Origin: Alphaproteobacteria bacterium
GTDB lineage: Bacteria; Pseudomonadota; Alphaproteobacteria; JBFXJJ01
Length of the DNA stretch: 20,155 nt
Direction of reading: 5' to 3'
Assembly (NCBI GenBank): GCA_050175015.1
Contig: JBFXJJ010000024.1
Location: forward strand, 1 to 20,155
A program made the position numbers and the translations under genes. Below, piece after piece: positions 16,915-20,155 of the stretch (position 1 is the stretch's first letter; every line of letters starts with the position of its first letter). Below the pieces are notes generated by a model. That model had not been told where the DNA came from, searched no databases, and was given only the letters and a program-made list of their open reading frames with translations.

Positions 16915-17628
16915 ATGTCTTATTTTGATTTAAATAATATTGATATTGTTATTTTGGTAATTCTATTTTTCTCGGGATTAACCGCTTTTTTCAGAGGGTT
17001 TTCTAAAGAAGTATTCTCGATTTTAGGCTGGGTTTTAGCTGCTTTTGTGACTTCTTATGGCTTAATATGGGTGCAGCCTATTTTTCGCGACTTAATAAAA
17101 ACCGAAATGTTTGCAGATTTAGCAGCATCAGCGGGCTTGTTTTTAGGAACAAGTATTATCTGGGCAATTATAACAGGAATAATGGCACGCAAAGTTAAGA
17201 AAAGTTCTTTAGGTGGTATTGATAAAGTTCTTGGACTTTTTTTCGGTCTTATTAGAGCGGTATTATTAATTACACTTGCTTATATTTTTATTAATTTTTT
17301 ACTTCCAAAAGAAGATATGCCCAAAATAATAACAGATGCTAGATCCTTTTCTTATGTTGAAAAGATGGCAGATGTTATAACTAAATTTGCTCCAGATCAA
17401 ATAGCCTCAGTTAAAAATTCAATTATTCCAGATGATGTTGATATTGAACCGTTAGAAGATATCGATAATACTAAGAATGACATTTATGAAAAACTGATTC
17501 AGCCTAAAATTAACAGTAATAAAGGTAATTTTAAAGGATATGATAAGCAGGAGAGGGAAGATCTTAATCAACTGTTTAAAGAAGAAATAGAAGACGACGA
17601 GGCTCTTCCTCCGCCAGAGGCTATATAA
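16915..17628 (+). CDS. cvpA: CvpA (colicin V production) family membrane protein
   Basis: ID...RGFSKEVFSILGW and GGIDKVLGLFFGLIRA motifs, about four TM helices, and the usual radA-cvpA order. Confidence 0.9.
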   Translation: MSYFDLNNIDIVILVILFFSGLTAFFRGFSKEVFSILGWVLAAFVTSYGLIWVQPIFRDLIKTEMFADLAASAGLFLGTSIIWAIITGIMARKVKKSSLGGIDKVLGLFFGLIRAVLLITLAYIFINFLLPKEDMPKIITDARSFSYVEKMADVITKFAPDQIASVKNSIIPDDVDIEPLEDIDNTKNDIYEKLIQPKINSNKGNFKGYDKQEREDLNQLFKEEIEDDEALPPPEAI

Positions 17629-17640
17629 CTATATCTATTT

Positions 17641-17708
17641 TCTTACCGTTGCTATTACTAATGAGATATTGTTATTAATAAGGAAAGAGTAATATAATAA
17701 CGGTAGGA
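17641..17708 (+). promoter_or_regulatory. Inverted-repeat-flanked putative promoter upstream of the type IV pilin-like gene
   Basis: TCTTACCGTT (17641-17650) / AACGGTAGGA (17699-17708, 1 mismatch) and TATTACT (17653-17659) / AGTAATA (17688-17694). TTGTTA-18bp-TATAAT lies at 17669-17698, inside the outer repeats. Confidence 0.45.
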
Positions 17709-17743
17709 TTTAACCAAAACAGGGCAGAAACAAGGCGAGACAA

Positions 17744-18340
17744 ATGATTAACCGCAGGCATAAAATTTCGGAATGTTCTGGCAGAACTATGATAGAGATG
17801 ATAGCTGTTTTAGGGTTAATATCTGTTATGGCGGTTGGTTCAATTATGTTAATTCATAGTGTTTATGAACGTTTTGCCATTTTTAGATCAAGAACACAGT
17901 TGGCATCGATTGTTGAAACCGTACGCAAGTATTATGCGAATGATTTCAATTATCAAGGAGTTTCAGTTTCAGGTCTTATTAATAATAAACTAACGTTGCC
18001 TGACACGGTTTCTGGCAGCAAAATAGTTTTGGCAACAGGCGGTGAGGTTACGTCAGCAGGATATGAAACAACAACCAGAGCTTTCTCTCTTACTATTAAG
18101 GCGCAAACTAAGCTGGAATGTTATGGAATACTTGATGTTTTTATTGATCAGGTTGACAGCAGTCAATCGGCATATAAGCTGATTCATACTCTTAATGATT
18201 CCGGCGGCAACAGTATAACTTATGCGTGGTCTGGCAACACTGATTGTACGGTAAATCCAAGACACTTCAATTGTATGAGTTCGACAACGAATTTTGCTAA
18301 CTGTAATGATGGCAGCGTTATACAAGTCTTTTATTATTAA
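17744..18340 (+). CDS. Type IV pilin / pseudopilin-like protein with atypical G|RTMIE prepilin site
   Basis: Basic 13-aa leader ending in Gly, Glu at +5, then a hydrophobic helix of about 20 aa (MIAVLGLISVMAVGSIMLI) and an amphipathic helix. The globular domain has four Cys and ends in a beta-strand-like IQVFYY. Confidence 0.78.
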   Translation: MINRRHKISECSGRTMIEMIAVLGLISVMAVGSIMLIHSVYERFAIFRSRTQLASIVETVRKYYANDFNYQGVSVSGLINNKLTLPDTVSGSKIVLATGGEVTSAGYETTTRAFSLTIKAQTKLECYGILDVFIDQVDSSQSAYKLIHTLNDSGGNSITYAWSGNTDCTVNPRHFNCMSSTTNFANCNDGSVIQVFYY

Positions 18341-18516
18341 GAGTACTTTGCGTTTAATTATATTATTATGAGATTGCAAAAAAAATTGATTTTACTCTTA
18401 TTAAAAGTAAAAACTTACCTGTAAAACTTAGCCAAAAGGCAAAATAAAAGCGTGAAACTAAATTTCAAACACTCTAGTTTTTTTGTTTAACAGCTTGCGA
18501 TAAAAAACTTCTTATT

Positions 18517-18795
18517 TTAAATTTCTTCTGCTGCTTGGTTTGTCTCTTCATCAGAGAGATTAAGGGCTTTTTTATAGGTATCAAGAAGCATTTCCATTTC
18601 GATACGGTCCGCTTGATCCATTCCTCTGAGCTTGATGATTTGGCGCATAATTTTGACATCATAGCCCATAGCTTTAGCTTCGGAATAAACTTCTTTAATA
18701 TCTTGAGCGATATTCTTTTTCTCATCTTCTAAGCGCTCAATTCTTTGTATGAAAGATTCTAATTGTCCAGGATTGATATTACCTACTTGATTCAT
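18517..18795 (-). CDS. gapR: Nucleoid-associated protein GapR (DUF2312)
   Basis: QLESFIQRIERLEDEKKNIAQDIKEVYSEAKAMGYDVKIMRQIIKLR is the DUF2312/GapR signature; 92 aa. Confidence 0.92.
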   Translation of the reverse strand: MNQVGNINPGQLESFIQRIERLEDEKKNIAQDIKEVYSEAKAMGYDVKIMRQIIKLRGMDQADRIEMEMLLDTYKKALNLSDEETNQAAEEI

Positions 18796-18841
18796 CTTGT
18801 ATTCTCTTAAAAAATAAATTGTTAAAAAATTAGTTATTTCT

Positions 18842-18875
18842 TTGCAAGATAAACTGAAAACTATTATTTTGGCAA
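18842..18875. promoter_or_regulatory. Overlapping divergent sigma70-like promoters (gapR / response regulator)
   Basis: Plus strand: TTGCAA (18842-18847)-17bp-TATTTT (18865-18870). Minus strand: TTGCCA (18875-18870)-18bp-TATCTT (18851-18846). Confidence 0.35.
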
Positions 18876-18924
18876 GACAGTGTTCGAAAAAATATAAATA
18901 GATGTTAATAAGTTCAGGTAATGT

Positions 18925-20155
18925 ATGAGCGATATAAGTTTTGGTCTTTTATCGGTACTTTTGGTTGAAGATAATCATTATTTAAGAAATCTGCTTTTCC
19001 AAATTCTAAAAGATTTAGGATTTGGTCAAATATATACTGCCAATAATGGGCAGGAAGCTATCGAATTTTTAACGCCTCCTCTGGGCATTAGTAAAGATTC
19101 AGCTTTTTTAAAACAGGTTGATATTATTATTTCTGATTTAGTTATGTCTCCGATTGACGGCGAATTATTTTTAAGATGGATTCGAACAAGCAAAAAGTCG
19201 CCTAACAGATTTATTCCTTTTGTTATGGTTTCAGGTGCCGCTGATGCAGATAGAGTAGAAGGTTGCAGAGATTATGGGGTTACAGAATTTTTAGCCAAAC
19301 CATTTTCTGCCCGTTCAGTATATGAAAGAATAATGAAAGTTATTGTTTCTCCTCGGCAGATTGTTTGTGCTCAGAATTATTTTGGACCAGATAGACGGCG
19401 TTCTAAATATGGTCCTCCCAATGGTGTTGAAAGACGCCAAAATGAAGAAGCTAAGGCAACAATAGTTTATTCTGCGGATAAAATTGTAAAGCCTAAAACC
19501 CCGTCCGATATTTGGATATTCAGGCTTCCTAATACGCTTAAAGAAAAAATCGGAGGGGCAAATATTCACGGTCCCATCAGTATTCCAGAAGAACTTTTGG
19601 CGCAGGCAGAAGAATCGCTTGAGAGGCAGGCTCTTGATTTTACAGAATGGGCAACCAAATATTTGAATGATATTGGAGCAATGTTAACCAAAGCGATAGA
19701 GATTCCTGAAAAAAGAAGAAATTGTATCAATGAAATTAATATCTTAGCTCATGAGCTTAGAGGGCAGGGAGGAACTTTCGGCTATCCTCTTATTACAATT
19801 TTTGGCAAGTCTCTTTATGATGCCACACATTCAGAGGCTAGTGAGGACGAAACCGTATTAGATATTATTAAGGCGCATATCGATGCTATGAAAGCTGTTT
19901 TGCGAGAAAAAATAGCTGGTGATGGGGGGCCGATAGGCCGTCAATTATTAGAGGGACTGAAAGCTGCTATTGCTAAAATTTCAGGGAAGGCTGATCTTGC
20001 CAAGCAAGAAAAAAGACAGGCAGCAGAGCTTGCACAGCAGGAAGCCAAGAAAAAAATGCAAGAACGAGATGGGGAACAAGATGATGGTGATGGCAGCAAA
20101 TCTAAGGGTGTTTTAGATAATAATAAAAATGATGATAAAGAAAAAAAATCTGATA
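18925..20155 (+). CDS. Response regulator: receiver domain + Cle-type Arg-rich c-di-GMP-binding motif + HPt-like domain (3' truncated by window edge; not in the supplied ORF track)
   Basis: Manual translation from ATG 18925 gives 410 codons with no stop: MSDISFGLLSVLLVEDN...DIIISDLVMSPIDG (Asp71)...VMVSG...FLAKPF...SPRQIVCAQNYFGPDRRR...RLPNTLKEKIGG...LAHELRGQGGTFGYPLIT (His276)...KAHIDAMKAV, then a charged low-complexity tail. Confidence 0.9.
   Translation, partial: MSDISFGLLSVLLVEDNHYLRNLLFQILKDLGFGQIYTANNGQEAIEFLTPPLGISKDSAFLKQVDIIISDLVMSPIDGELFLRWIRTSKKSPNRFIPFVMVSGAADADRVEGCRDYGVTEFLAKPFSARSVYERIMKVIVSPRQIVCAQNYFGPDRRRSKYGPPNGVERRQNEEAKATIVYSADKIVKPKTPSDIWIFRLPNTLKEKIGGANIHGPISIPEELLAQAEESLERQALDFTEWATKYLNDIGAMLTKAIEIPEKRRNCINEINILAHELRGQGGTFGYPLITIFGKSLYDATHSEASEDETVLDIIKAHIDAMKAVLREKIAGDGGPIGRQLLEGLKAAIAKISGKADLAKQEKRQAAELAQQEAKKKMQERDGEQDDGDGSKSKGVLDNNKNDDKEKKSD

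Noticed and set aside
18053-19569. ORFs 18053..18379(-), 18474..18725(-), 18535..18732(+) and 19315..19569(-)
   Set aside because: They are shadows of the pilin, gapR and response-regulator genes.

Overview
AT-rich chromosomal window from an alphaproteobacterium. The assignment rests on GapR/DUF2312, the rpsF-rpsR-DUF2232-rplI-dnaB-alr-mlaEF-radA-cvpA gene order and the divergent fabD-fabG-acpP-fabF-mltG cluster. Most of the window is housekeeping: hldE, trmL, fatty-acid synthesis, ribosomal proteins, replicative helicase and Mla transport. The unusual content is at the two ends. On the left are two tandem paralogous VirB2/TrbC-like pilin genes with no other T4SS gene in the window; each has its own TAGACA-17bp sigma70-type promoter, and copy 1 has strong high-expression codon bias. 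On the right is a type IV pilin-like gene with a non-canonical G|RTMIE (Arg+1) cleavage site, preceded by an inverted-repeat-flanked promoter. It is followed by gapR and, divergently, an ORF missing from the supplied track (18925 to window end) that fuses a receiver domain, a Cle-type c-di-GMP-binding YxGPDRR motif and an HPt-like domain. Non-coding signals include an S6:S18 leader upstream of rpsF, three intrinsic terminators, a DnaA box upstream of dnaB and a long hairpin between dnaB and alr. No rRNA, tRNA, CRISPR array, integrase or transposase was seen. All calls come from reading motifs by eye; no searches were run.
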